Virus record (IMG/VR): IMGVR_UViG_3300045049_000070
Location: 8,412-72,411 of that record
Reading direction: 5' to 3' (one strand)
Origin: a virus
DNA: 64,000 bases
The notes beneath the pieces are model-generated. The model was not told the DNA's origin. It was given only the letters and a program-made list of their open reading frames with translations, and did no database searches. Below are positions 1 to 8,790 of this stretch, one piece after another. Both the position numbers and the translations under genes were made by a program. Each line of letters starts with the position of its first letter. Within the stretch, counting starts at the first letter, position 1.

Positions 1-9
1 TACGAGAAA

Positions 10-1497
10 ATGACGCAAAGCATTCCGTTCTACACGGACAGCTATAAACCATCAATGGATCCTCAGTATCCACCGGAGGTGGAAACCGTCCACAGCTATG
101 GAGAATCGCGGGGTGCTCCAGTCGATCATGTGATGATGGCTGGAAACCAAGTCTTCGTCGACAAGTTGGCGGAAGGCACAAACATGCGTGAAGTCAATTT
201 CGCACGTGAGTATTGGGCAGCGCATGGCGTACCCTTTCCGTACGAAATGTGGAAGACCATCGTCAAAGAATATGGTGGACGAATCCCACTGACAATTCGT
301 GCGGTACCAGAAGGGATTCTGATCCCGCCACGTAATCCGCTGGTGACCGTGGAGAACAACGGTGGGCGTGCAACTCGGGCCCTAACCACATGGGTAGAGA
401 CGATGGGTCTGTCGTATCTTTGGTACATGTCTACTGTTGCAACAAACGACTACTACCTCAGACAAACAATCGGGAAGTATTACGAATTGAGTGTCGACGC
501 TGGTCTCTACGATCCAGGTCGTTTATTCCGCGACCACGACTTCGGATGGCGTGGCGTTGCTCCAGGAGCGGGTATTTACGGTGGAGGAGCGCACACGTTC
601 AACTCGTTGGGCACTGACACATTCGGTTCTATCCCGTTCATGTGTTGGCACTATGGTGCGGCACCGAACGAGGTTGGATTCTCGATTCCGGCTATGGAGC
701 ACAGCACGGTTACTTCGTGGGGCAAGGATCGTGAAAACGACGCGTTCCTCAACATGACGGAAATCTACGCACATTCGAGTCGCCCATATGCGATGGTGAT
801 AGACAGCTATGATCCGGAACGTGCTGTCGAGTGGATCACCAATCCTGATGGACCGATCGTCAAGATCCTGAAGGAGCGCAATGCCATCTGTGTGTTGCGT
901 CCTGACAGTGGAAATCCGACCGAACTACTTCCAAAGTTGGCACAGATCGTAGCACGGAACGTTGGTTATACGACCAACAAGAAGGGCTACAAGATCTTCA
1001 ACTACTTCCGATTTATCTGGGGTGATGGTATCACGCACGAAGTCATCAATCGTATCGAGAACATGATGGTGTCTATCATGGGCTTCTCAGCAGAAAACTT
1101 CGCCTTTGGCCAAGGCGGAGCCAAACTCCAGTTGGTAGGTCGTGATGATCTCCAGTTCGCATACAAATGCTCGGCTGTGCGTTTAACCCATGGTTCGTGG
1201 CGGAATGTCTATAAGCAGCCTGCTGGTATCTTGAACAAGAACTCGAAGATGGGTCTGGTTGAAACATTCGTTCTTGACCCAAGTAATTGGGAGTACGATG
1301 ACATTTTGTATGTACGTGACATTCGCGACACCGAATCCATCGAAAGACTGAAGCTCGTTCCATTGATGGAAACTGTGTTCGAAAACGGAATAGTGGAAAA
1401 ACGATGGACCATAAAAGAAGTACGAGCGAACACTGAAAGAATCTACAAGAACGCTCCACAAGGTCACAGCGCTGGCGTTTACCCGCCTTTGGTGTGA
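10..1497 (+). CDS. nadV: nicotinamide phosphoribosyltransferase (NAMPT)
   Basis: 495 aa with NAMPT motifs TDSYK, HDFGxRG, SIPAxEHS, DSYD, RPDSG, GDGI, FGxGG. Confidence 0.93.
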   Translation: MTQSIPFYTDSYKPSMDPQYPPEVETVHSYGESRGAPVDHVMMAGNQVFVDKLAEGTNMREVNFAREYWAAHGVPFPYEMWKTIVKEYGGRIPLTIRAVPEGILIPPRNPLVTVENNGGRATRALTTWVETMGLSYLWYMSTVATNDYYLRQTIGKYYELSVDAGLYDPGRLFRDHDFGWRGVAPGAGIYGGGAHTFNSLGTDTFGSIPFMCWHYGAAPNEVGFSIPAMEHSTVTSWGKDRENDAFLNMTEIYAHSSRPYAMVIDSYDPERAVEWITNPDGPIVKILKERNAICVLRPDSGNPTELLPKLAQIVARNVGYTTNKKGYKIFNYFRFIWGDGITHEVINRIENMMVSIMGFSAENFAFGQGGAKLQLVGRDDLQFAYKCSAVRLTHGSWRNVYKQPAGILNKNSKMGLVETFVLDPSNWEYDDILYVRDIRDTESIERLKLVPLMETVFENGIVEKRWTIKEVRANTERIYKNAPQGHSAGVYPPLV

Positions 1498-1703
1498 AAA
1501 CTTCGCAGCTACGCGTTACTACGATGCTAGCTCTACTAACGCTAGTATCTAGTAATACCCCAACTGTCTTTGCACTCAAACGTGAGGAAGGACAGTTGGA
1601 TACTAGCTATCCATTAGATTCCTTGTCCGACAGGGATAGGAAGCGTCTTGTCGCTGAATCACGTCGCAAACGCATTCAAGGTCCTAAGAGAGGAAGGTGG
1701 TGA
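1494..1703 (+). CDS. hypothetical protein, hydrophobic N-terminus
   Basis: GTG start overlaps the nadV stop (GTGA). Confidence 0.5.
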   Translation: MKTSQLRVTTMLALLTLVSSNTPTVFALKREEGQLDTSYPLDSLSDRDRKRLVAESRRKRIQGPKRGRW

Positions 1704-1972
1704 CAATGAGCCGGTACTTACAACGTGTCATCGACATAGCCACACGCTGTGGTTTCAAGATGAAGTTCAATCGCAATCGCAAGAAATGCACGTTCACAAA
1801 CGTGATCAACCAACGAGTAACTATCGAACTTGAGACAGAACTCTACGTCGAAGACGGTGAGATCGTTGTTTGGTTCAACTGTAACGATGGCATGTCTGGC
1901 AATGACTCAGACTACGCTTTCTGGAAGTCATTCAAACGTATGATGACCAATGCGGATGGACTCTCCCTATGA
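1697..1972 (+). CDS. hypothetical protein
   Basis: ORF in tightly packed operon; true start may be ATG 1706. Confidence 0.6.
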   Translation: MVTMSRYLQRVIDIATRCGFKMKFNRNRKKCTFTNVINQRVTIELETELYVEDGEIVVWFNCNDGMSGNDSDYAFWKSFKRMMTNADGLSL

Positions 1973-2172
1973 GTCGCACGAAGAACACTACCAAACGACG
2001 AACCGTCAATCGCTTTAAGGACGGTGAGCGCGCGGAACACGATCCAGCGTTTAGCGGTGAACGTTATGGCAATCGTCGTAAAGACGTGAAGAAGGTGAAA
2101 CGAGCTGTCAGCAAAGCGCTTCGCGGACAACAGAAGAAGGTTGATAGAAAGGAAATTAAAGATGTCAACTGA
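1969..2172 (+). CDS. small basic hypothetical protein
   Basis: ATGA overlap with upstream ORF; K/R-rich. Confidence 0.6.
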   Translation: MSRTKNTTKRRTVNRFKDGERAEHDPAFSGERYGNRRKDVKKVKRAVSKALRGQQKKVDRKEIKDVN

Positions 2173-2359
2173 AACGCCCGAGGAAGTCCAATGGCGTAAT
2201 ATCCGCAAAGTTGTCAAAGCGCTTGCTGATCATTGTTTTGGCAGTCCTGACGATCCCAAGTACGGACTCTACCATGTAGCACTGACGACCAGCTTGACAG
2301 CAAAAGACGGTCCTACCTTCCAACTAGAGCCACTTCCGAAGTCAAAGGACAAGAAATGA
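2162..2359 (+). CDS. hypothetical protein
   Basis: AAGGA RBS before ATG 2162; stop overlaps next start. Confidence 0.6.
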   Translation: MSTETPEEVQWRNIRKVVKALADHCFGSPDDPKYGLYHVALTTSLTAKDGPTFQLEPLPKSKDKK

Positions 2360-2661
2360 ATAAGGACATGCACGATTTAGAACTCTATTTGTGGAACTTT
2401 GGTACCATTTTTGGACTAATGCTCACAGCTGCTGCGATCGTTAACCTTCACCTAACCGGATACAACCTAATTGCAATCTTCGCTTTGCTATGGGTTGCGG
2501 GTGCAATGATTGATGTTTGCTTAATGGTAAGCTGCGCGGCAATCGTGGGATTTAAACGCTTGCGAGACCTCGGCTGGCTCAGTCCTAAACTACATCTGCG
2601 TCGCATCACTTGTGTTGCCCTCTGTATGTATGCCATGAAGATGTTGACCCTTCTAACATAG
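2356..2661 (+). CDS. membrane protein
   Basis: several hydrophobic segments; AAGGA RBS. Confidence 0.65.
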   Translation: MNKDMHDLELYLWNFGTIFGLMLTAAAIVNLHLTGYNLIAIFALLWVAGAMIDVCLMVSCAAIVGFKRLRDLGWLSPKLHLRRITCVALCMYAMKMLTLLT

Positions 2662-2668
2662 GACCAAA

Positions 2669-3112
2669 ATGGATAACGCAAGACGGATGGAAGATGTGGT
2701 TGCCAAACTTTGCATCGACATTTGGGACGAAACGCCACAGAATCACGTGTGCGGCCTGATCGAGGAAGTGATGGAGGCTGCGGCCGAAACTCATCTTCTT
2801 ACTGAGCAAGAAGCGATTGCTGTGGCAACAGCAGCTATCAAGAGGGCGTGGGCGTCAACTATGCTTGGAGATCCAAGAGTCTATGACGAACAAGCGCACA
2901 AACGACGAATTAACTCAGAACTCAACGATGTCGTCACAATGGCTTGTGTGGTGCGCCAAACGTCAGGCAGTCCTCAACTTGCAACTGAATCGTTCGTATC
3001 ATCTGCGCTTGACAAGCTAATGGTGATCACCCAGAAGGCATTAAATCATAATGGACTCAAAGAGTTGATGCAGAAGCTTGATCGAAAGAGAGAACAAGGA
3101 ATTCGGTTGTGA
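2669..3112 (+). CDS. MazG-like NTP pyrophosphohydrolase (putative)
   Basis: helical protein with LIEEVMEA...ELNDV acidic pattern typical of the MazG fold. Confidence 0.5.
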   Translation: MDNARRMEDVVAKLCIDIWDETPQNHVCGLIEEVMEAAAETHLLTEQEAIAVATAAIKRAWASTMLGDPRVYDEQAHKRRINSELNDVVTMACVVRQTSGSPQLATESFVSSALDKLMVITQKALNHNGLKELMQKLDRKREQGIRL

Positions 3113-3528
3113 ACTTCATTAATCTATGGAACGAAATCAAGAACACGTTGCCGCACGTAGATACTTCTGAGTGGAGCCTTACCGACGAACAGATTTCGAT
3201 TATCAACCAGATAAACGTTTGCAAACGAAGGATGCGATCGTCATACTACTGGATTCAGCTGATGGTCATTTTGTTCATCTCTCTAACCTTATGCATGACA
3301 GTCCTGCAAGAAGACCAAGCATTTATTGCCGTCACGTTCAGACTAGTAATGGCCTTTGCTGTAGGATTCGGATTCTCTAAGATAATCCGTCTTGCAGAGG
3401 CACACGATCAATTCGTTCAGCTGCATGCTCAGTTGATGAACACTAGCCCTCCGTTACCCGGAGCACCGGGATACGTTGAACCTTTACCCGAAGGAATAAA
3501 TGATGGGCGTAGAACCGAAACCACCTGA
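3109..3528 (+). CDS. two-TM membrane protein
   Basis: two hydrophobic helices, Pro-rich tail. Confidence 0.65.
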   Translation: MNFINLWNEIKNTLPHVDTSEWSLTDEQISIINQINVCKRRMRSSYYWIQLMVILFISLTLCMTVLQEDQAFIAVTFRLVMAFAVGFGFSKIIRLAEAHDQFVQLHAQLMNTSPPLPGAPGYVEPLPEGINDGRRTETT

Positions 3529-3622
3529 CAAATATCTACGCGGTGGAGACCATCATTGGCTTGAAGAATGGAAGAAGGTGTTTTACGAATTAGCACAGAC
3601 ATCTATCAAACGCAACACATGA
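3500..3622 (+). CDS. small hypothetical protein (40 aa, not in ORF track)
   Basis: AAGGA RBS; MMGVEPKPPDKYLRGG...; stop overlaps next ATG (ATGA). Confidence 0.45.
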   Translation: MMGVEPKPPDKYLRGGDHHWLEEWKKVFYELAQTSIKRNT

Positions 3623-3786
3623 ACTTCTTCAAAAAGCTGCTATATCAACGCATACAAAAGCGGAATGCGCGTAAGATGCGTGAACACATCATAGAGATGC
3701 AACGTTGCACTCCGAATGTGCCTGAAAACGAGAGGCTAAGAACTCTCCTATATCAAGTCCGTCGTGAGCTCGAAGCACGAATGTAG
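3619..3786 (+). CDS. hypothetical protein
   Basis: ATGA coupling; ends just before terminator. Confidence 0.55.
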   Translation: MNFFKKLLYQRIQKRNARKMREHIIEMQRCTPNVPENERLRTLLYQVRRELEARM

Positions 3787-3802
3787 AGAGAATGGAATGT
3801 CC

Positions 3803-3848
3803 AAAAGAAAAGCCCTGTAGATGATGAGTCTACAGGGCTTTGTCATTT
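3803..3848. terminator. bidirectional intrinsic terminator
   Basis: 13-bp stem AAAGCCCTGTAGA/TCTACAGGGCTTT between convergent genes, A/T tails. Confidence 0.85.
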
Positions 3849-3863
3849 GCGCCTCTGATTTTA

Positions 3864-4589
3864 TCAGGCTGTCTCAGCGTTCAGTTCTTTAAGAACTGCC
3901 TTAAGGTGTTTCATTACCTTGGTCTTGTTCGTGAACTCACGACTCAAAAACGCCAGATCTGCTTTACGCAAGTTACTGATGTTCTTAAGTTTGGCAACTA
4001 TTTGAGTTTCGCTCATTTCGTCTTCATGAGCTCGCGCCACAAGATTCTGCACCTTGATCGAAGGTCCCTTCTTTGGCTTCGTTTCTGTAGTTTTTGTTGC
4101 CTGAGCCTGAGCTTTAGGGGCCTTCTTTTTTGATCCTTCGGTAGCCACGTCGAAGAAATCGTCTTCGTCGTCTTCGCCGACGCCAGACGATTGTTCTGCC
4201 ATCACACCAGCTTTCTTCAGCGCCATTCTGGCTTTTTGTTCTTCGTTGCGAAGTCTAGTAATTTCTTCCTTCGCTTCTTCTGTAGAAAGCAAAACAGCTG
4301 CATACTCTGGAGTAACTAATTTCAGCAGACGCGTGTTGATCGTCTTACGGAAATCAGCCGAATCCAGCACTTGCATTCGCGGAACCTGCTGCGTAATGTC
4401 AAAAGGAATAAACGACTTTGGCACCCTGACGATATCTGCGCCATTACCATTTTTCTTCGGGATAGAGATAACGACTTTACCTTCAAGGGAGTCACGTGTG
4501 TTATTCAAAACCCATACTGGACCGCGATCTGCTTTCTCCAGCTCTTCAAGAGTTGTCCATTTACGACCGCGGGAAATTACTTCTGCCAT
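3864..4589 (-). CDS. hypothetical protein with acidic/basic linker
   Basis: 241 aa ORF, AGGA RBS. Confidence 0.8.
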   Translation of the reverse strand: MAEVISRGRKWTTLEELEKADRGPVWVLNNTRDSLEGKVVISIPKKNGNGADIVRVPKSFIPFDITQQVPRMQVLDSADFRKTINTRLLKLVTPEYAAVLLSTEEAKEEITRLRNEEQKARMALKKAGVMAEQSSGVGEDDEDDFFDVATEGSKKKAPKAQAQATKTTETKPKKGPSIKVQNLVARAHEDEMSETQIVAKLKNISNLRKADLAFLSREFTNKTKVMKHLKAVLKELNAETA

Positions 4590-4652
4590 AGATTGTGTAT
4601 CCTAACTGTAGATTGTTGAAAATGACGTGCCCCGCTGTTCGCGTTTATTGGT

Positions 4653-5162
4653 CTACAGTTTGATTGACGCTAATGACTCTCTTACGTCATTTAGCTTGAA
4701 TGTTGACCCTGTTCGTTGTGCCCATTTTGTGAATCGTTTTGGCGACCAGAATTTCTTTTGTTGATTTGGTGCCAATCCAAACACAGTGCTGAGTACGACG
4801 CTAACGTGGCTGTCCTTCTCATTTACAGTTTCACCCACCTTGATGGGCGGAAAGTCTACAACTTGGCTATTCTTTTCAATATGTCTCGGAAATGATTGTC
4901 GGATATATTCAGCATATCTGTCGATTGCCAGTCCGAGTTTGATATTCTTGGTCGCCGCCGTCGCTGCGGTCCTCACCTTGAATGTCTTTTCCCCTTTTAT
5001 CGCAGCAATTGTTTGAACGTCGACCCCATCGTCACTCAGTTCTTGAAATCCGCATTGCCCATTTCCACGTCGATAACAACATTTTACGGGACACAAACTG
5101 ACCGTCAGTTCTAGATGCTCAAGTCCGCAATACACCTCAGACACCATTTCCTTTTGCAGCAA
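4653..5162 (-). CDS. hypothetical protein, Cys-rich N-terminus
   Basis: 169 aa ORF in minus-strand operon. Confidence 0.65.
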   Translation of the reverse strand: MLQKEMVSEVYCGLEHLELTVSLCPVKCCYRRGNGQCGFQELSDDGVDVQTIAAIKGEKTFKVRTAATAATKNIKLGLAIDRYAEYIRQSFPRHIEKNSQVVDFPPIKVGETVNEKDSHVSVVLSTVFGLAPNQQKKFWSPKRFTKWAQRTGSTFKLNDVRESLASIKL

Positions 5163-5337
5163 TCTTAGCGATTCTCACTTCGACTTCTACAATTCCACAT
5201 TCTGAACATTCAGGTTGCTCTCTTTTCAGGTCATCTTCAGATGCGAATATCGTTACTCCACCTTTGGCTTCACCAAGTTCATACCGGAAACTTGTGGAAC
5301 ACATAAATCCCTTTCGAATATCAGTATTATCGTTCAT
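5137..5337 (-). CDS. small hypothetical protein with CxxC
   Basis: start overlaps ruvC stop. Confidence 0.6.
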   Translation of the reverse strand: MNDNTDIRKGFMCSTSFRYELGEAKGGVTIFASEDDLKREQPECSECGIVEVEVRIAKIAAKGNGV

Positions 5338-5957
5338 CTTTCGTTCTTTCTGTTGTAGAGTTTCGCTGTGCTTGTGTCTTCAACTTGGGTCATTAGACGA
5401 TAGAATCGCTTCCGACCCATGGTCCCAAAATCTTTCTGTCCCAGAGCTTGATGCAACGCGTACACGCCAATTAGGCTTGCATCTAATTGGTGAGGTGCCG
5501 TCTTGCACAGACGATATTCATCTTTCAGCTCAATTCCATGACGAGCAACCGCGTTCTTCCACACAGCTGCCGGAATATACGCGTCTGGCAATCCTAGCGA
5601 TTGCAATAAGCCGAGCATCATGTTCACGGCTTCAACAGTCGGTCCTTTGATGCCTCGTGTCATATATCGTTCGCCATAAATCCCCCTTGGCTTCCATCTG
5701 TCCACCATTTCTGTTGCCCATTCGAGAAACGCACGACTCTGTTCCTGTCGCTCCCTGTGATCCTTCAGGTTATTTATCGGACACGGACATAATCCATTGA
5801 TCAGCACGTCGAATTTTACTCGATCGTCAATCAATCGGCCTTCAACGATCGAAAATCCATAGTTCTTGGAACCCGGGTCGTGGGCAAAGATTCTTAGCGC
5901 ATTTTTGTTCTGTGATCTGGTGGACATAGCATTCTCATTTACAAAGCGGACTTGCAT
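5334..5957 (-). CDS. ruvC: RuvC-like Holliday junction resolvase
   Basis: IFAHDPGSKNYG, YGER, HQLDA catalytic acidic motifs; start may be ATG at 5927. Confidence 0.8.
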   Translation of the reverse strand: MQVRFVNENAMSTRSQNKNALRIFAHDPGSKNYGFSIVEGRLIDDRVKFDVLINGLCPCPINNLKDHRERQEQSRAFLEWATEMVDRWKPRGIYGERYMTRGIKGPTVEAVNMMLGLLQSLGLPDAYIPAAVWKNAVARHGIELKDEYRLCKTAPHQLDASLIGVYALHQALGQKDFGTMGRKRFYRLMTQVEDTSTAKLYNRKNER

Positions 5958-5966
5958 CCTGGGCCT

Positions 5967-5975
5967 TAATTTGAT
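5967..5975 (+). promoter_or_regulatory. candidate phage late promoter TAATTTGAT
   Basis: recurrent intergenic 9-mer. Confidence 0.55.
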
Positions 5976-6008
5976 TCAGTATTAAATTGCAGTCCAGGAG
6001 CTGAGAAC

Positions 6009-7280
6009 GTGCCTTTTCAACGCCGCTCGAACAATAAAATCCTTCCGCCAAATAGTCGCACAGCGGATGTGGCTCGGAAGACGCTGGATGCTCTGGTTCC
6101 AGTCCAACAGCGAAAATATGCGAACGCATTCAAAGCAAATGGATATGAAACGTTGGTCTACAGTAGATTGAAACACGGAACTCCGTGTTCATGTCAATCT
6201 TCTAGACGAGCACAGGCCAGCATTCTTGACGAGCAAACAGGAAAATTGAAGAAAGGCCAGATGGAGAAAATATTGACCGGAGGACTATCTTTCCGTGTCA
6301 ATCCATACGGCGTAAAAGAACCGATGCGTGACGATCTGCGTGCCCCTCGTGGTGGTCAATCTCAACCCCGAGACGAGCAGATTTATGACGTGCTAGACAA
6401 CAGTAAACCAGTTGCTGATTGGGAATTAGAGGACGACGTACTCGATAATCCTAATGCGACAGTCACTAGGGCAGCGAATGGTGACGAAGATGATGCACAG
6501 GCTGATATTGTTGATCAAACAGCAGATGATGCTAGCGAGCTGGTGGACATTGAAGCGTATGCTAATGACAGCAAATGCGCAGTTTGTTTCGGGACCGGAT
6601 ATGTCGGTGGATTTACGTTGCTGAACGGATTGCGCTTAGTGATATGCACACAATGGCCTGCCATCTCCAATCTGGTGGGAACTATTGAACCAAACCGTGT
6701 TCCGCATTCATTCTTTACGACAGATGTGTCGTTTACCGTCACGTTACCAAAAGGAGTGATTGGTGTTGATGCATTCAGATTGTGGAACAACGATTTGCAG
6801 ATTCACCCACTGACCATCACAATTGACGGTCTTTCGTATTCGATGGACTTGTTAAGAGCGTTTTGTGACGGACGTCCGCATACGTTCAGATTCCAGTTTG
6901 AACGCCTGACGTATTTCACGCACGTAGAGCTCCAATTCAATTTGTCGGCCATTCCTGCTCTATTCGATTTCCCACGCGGGACGTTTGGAGCAAACATGCA
7001 GAACGTGGAAAATTTGGAGGACATGCAGTTGTATGCGAGTCCAGAGATTCCAAACATCGAACGTGAAGACATGCTGGTCGAATGTACGTTGGGGAAGGCA
7101 TTGGTCGTCAGTTCAGTAACTGATTGGAAGACCAACAAACGTGATATTCTGGGCTGGGACGTGAACGTGCGTGCGCTCCAACCATCAGAACTATTGAACT
7201 TGCTCCCACGTCGTCACCCAACGCATCAGAAATCCACTTACATGATAAGAGACAATATTGATGGTGGACGGAGAACGTAA
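6009..7280 (+). CDS. putative virion structural protein with split Zn-ribbon
   Basis: 423 aa; CSC and CAVCFGTG..GG motifs; AGGAG RBS; follows TAATTTGAT. Confidence 0.6.
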   Translation: MPFQRRSNNKILPPNSRTADVARKTLDALVPVQQRKYANAFKANGYETLVYSRLKHGTPCSCQSSRRAQASILDEQTGKLKKGQMEKILTGGLSFRVNPYGVKEPMRDDLRAPRGGQSQPRDEQIYDVLDNSKPVADWELEDDVLDNPNATVTRAANGDEDDAQADIVDQTADDASELVDIEAYANDSKCAVCFGTGYVGGFTLLNGLRLVICTQWPAISNLVGTIEPNRVPHSFFTTDVSFTVTLPKGVIGVDAFRLWNNDLQIHPLTITIDGLSYSMDLLRAFCDGRPHTFRFQFERLTYFTHVELQFNLSAIPALFDFPRGTFGANMQNVENLEDMQLYASPEIPNIEREDMLVECTLGKALVVSSVTDWKTNKRDILGWDVNVRALQPSELLNLLPRRHPTHQKSTYMIRDNIDGGRRT

Positions 7281-7756
7281 TGCCAATCACGAACAAGACT
7301 GTAGATTTGTGGTCACAAGTTCAACTGAAGGTCGATGGACGTCCTGTCAAAAGCGGTGATTTCTATGACATCAGTTATGATGTTTATCTGGATAACGAGT
7401 ATGTCGGTTATTTGATCTCGGACTACGCATTGAATACTACTGTCCAGAATTTCTTAGACAAATTGGCTCCAGATCAATCACGATTAGCTGATGTTATGTC
7501 TGCTGTTCCTTCACGATATAGATTCAACTACTATTATCTGAACTACCTAGAAATCAAAAGAAAGTGGCAAGGTCAGGGAATAGGTGGAATCGCGTTGCAG
7601 AAATGGTTTTCCAAGTTGAAGTCCCCAGCGATGGTTGGATTAACGCCCGCAAAGATTGCGAATGTCCCAGTAGATATCGTCCGTAAGTTCTATCTTAAGA
7701 ATGGATTCAAGAAAGTAAATCCGCATTATTTTGTCACTTTCATTAAGAGCAAATAG
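7280..7756 (+). CDS. GNAT acetyltransferase with class I leader (MPITNK)
   Basis: WQGQGIG acetyl-CoA motif, FYLKNGF. Confidence 0.75.
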   Translation: MPITNKTVDLWSQVQLKVDGRPVKSGDFYDISYDVYLDNEYVGYLISDYALNTTVQNFLDKLAPDQSRLADVMSAVPSRYRFNYYYLNYLEIKRKWQGQGIGGIALQKWFSKLKSPAMVGLTPAKIANVPVDIVRKFYLKNGFKKVNPHYFVTFIKSK

Positions 7757-7757
7757 T

Positions 7758-7994
7758 ATGGAAACCGTTTACGCTAACATTAGACGATTGGGTCGTATTC
7801 TAGCCGTGGCAAATAATCGTGGAATCGGTGAAGGGCTCGATAATCCATTTGCAACCGAAGCCGATATTCTCAACGATGATGTGGGAACCCAAGAAGAATA
7901 TGAACATGCTGATCGTATGGGATTAAATGGACGTCCGATCGAAAAACCCACGGGAACAGGCATGGATCGAGAATCTATGGGGATGCAATCGTGA
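7758..7994 (+). CDS. hypothetical protein
   Basis: ATG 1 nt after upstream stop. Confidence 0.6.
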   Translation: METVYANIRRLGRILAVANNRGIGEGLDNPFATEADILNDDVGTQEEYEHADRMGLNGRPIEKPTGTGMDRESMGMQS

Positions 7995-8009
7995 TCGGCA
8001 TTTCGTGTG

Positions 8010-8124
8010 GGTAATTTGATTCCATACACAAGATAGTTGGGTGGCGGTGGTTGGACCAGAATTCATTCTGGAAACCGTTCCGTTCCGTCGTCATTCACTT
8101 AGGATTAGGAAATTATGGCGATCA
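8010..8124 (+). repeat. promoter plus structured leader, copy 1
   Basis: 37/38 identity with 8692-8729 and an identical 18-mer AGGAAATTATGGCGATCA. Confidence 0.85.
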
Positions 8125-8696
8125 CTAATCGTCCAGAGACTGCTGAGACCTATAAAGACTATATTGAGATTCTGAAAAGGAAATATAAACTGCGAGTATT
8201 AGGTGATGGAGCGTTCGGAACAGTGTTCCAGCACCCCACCTTGAAGAACGTAGCAGTGAAGGTCTACAGACAAGTGAAATGGATGTCAGCAACCAAATGG
8301 TTGGAATGGTGCAAGAAGCATCCGGAGAATCCTTACGTTCCTAAGATCTATAAGGTTGATTCTCTCCAAATAGAACAAGAAGGCTATCAACGATACCTGC
8401 ATAACGTGGTGTTTATGGAGAAACTATCTCGCGTTTCATCCACCTTTGTCGACGAGGTTCTTCAGAAAACAGGAGCATCAACCCATGTCTTGTATAAGAC
8501 AGTTGATGAAGGAAGACTTGTGTACGAATTCTATTCGGATTCACGCAAGAATGTTCGTACTCTGAAAGACAAGAAATTGGCAGAAGTGCTATTGGCGATA
8601 GATCAGTTTGGCGATCAGTCTGATGGAACAGATTTGCGATATTCAAATTTCCTTCGTCGGGATCAACAATTGGTGTTCGTTGATCCTGTGAGGTAA
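8115..8696 (+). CDS. protein kinase-like protein with class I leader (MAITNR)
   Basis: LGDGAFGTV Gly loop, VAVK, DLRYSN catalytic loop, FVDP. Confidence 0.75.
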   Translation: MAITNRPETAETYKDYIEILKRKYKLRVLGDGAFGTVFQHPTLKNVAVKVYRQVKWMSATKWLEWCKKHPENPYVPKIYKVDSLQIEQEGYQRYLHNVVFMEKLSRVSSTFVDEVLQKTGASTHVLYKTVDEGRLVYEFYSDSRKNVRTLKDKKLAEVLLAIDQFGDQSDGTDLRYSNFLRRDQQLVFVDPVR

Positions 8697-8790
8697 TTGG
8701 ATTCCATACACAAGATAGTTGGGTGGCGGCTTCGATTTGATTTATCGAAAACCGAACCGCCGTCATTCATAGAGGAAATTATGGCGATCA
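8692..8790 (+). repeat. promoter plus structured leader, copy 2
   Basis: direct repeat of 8010-8124 with a different inner stem. Confidence 0.85.

Noticed and set aside
8010-8790. Direct repeats as IS ends or attachment sites
   Set aside because: No transposase or integrase is nearby, and the repeats coincide with promoter and RBS elements.
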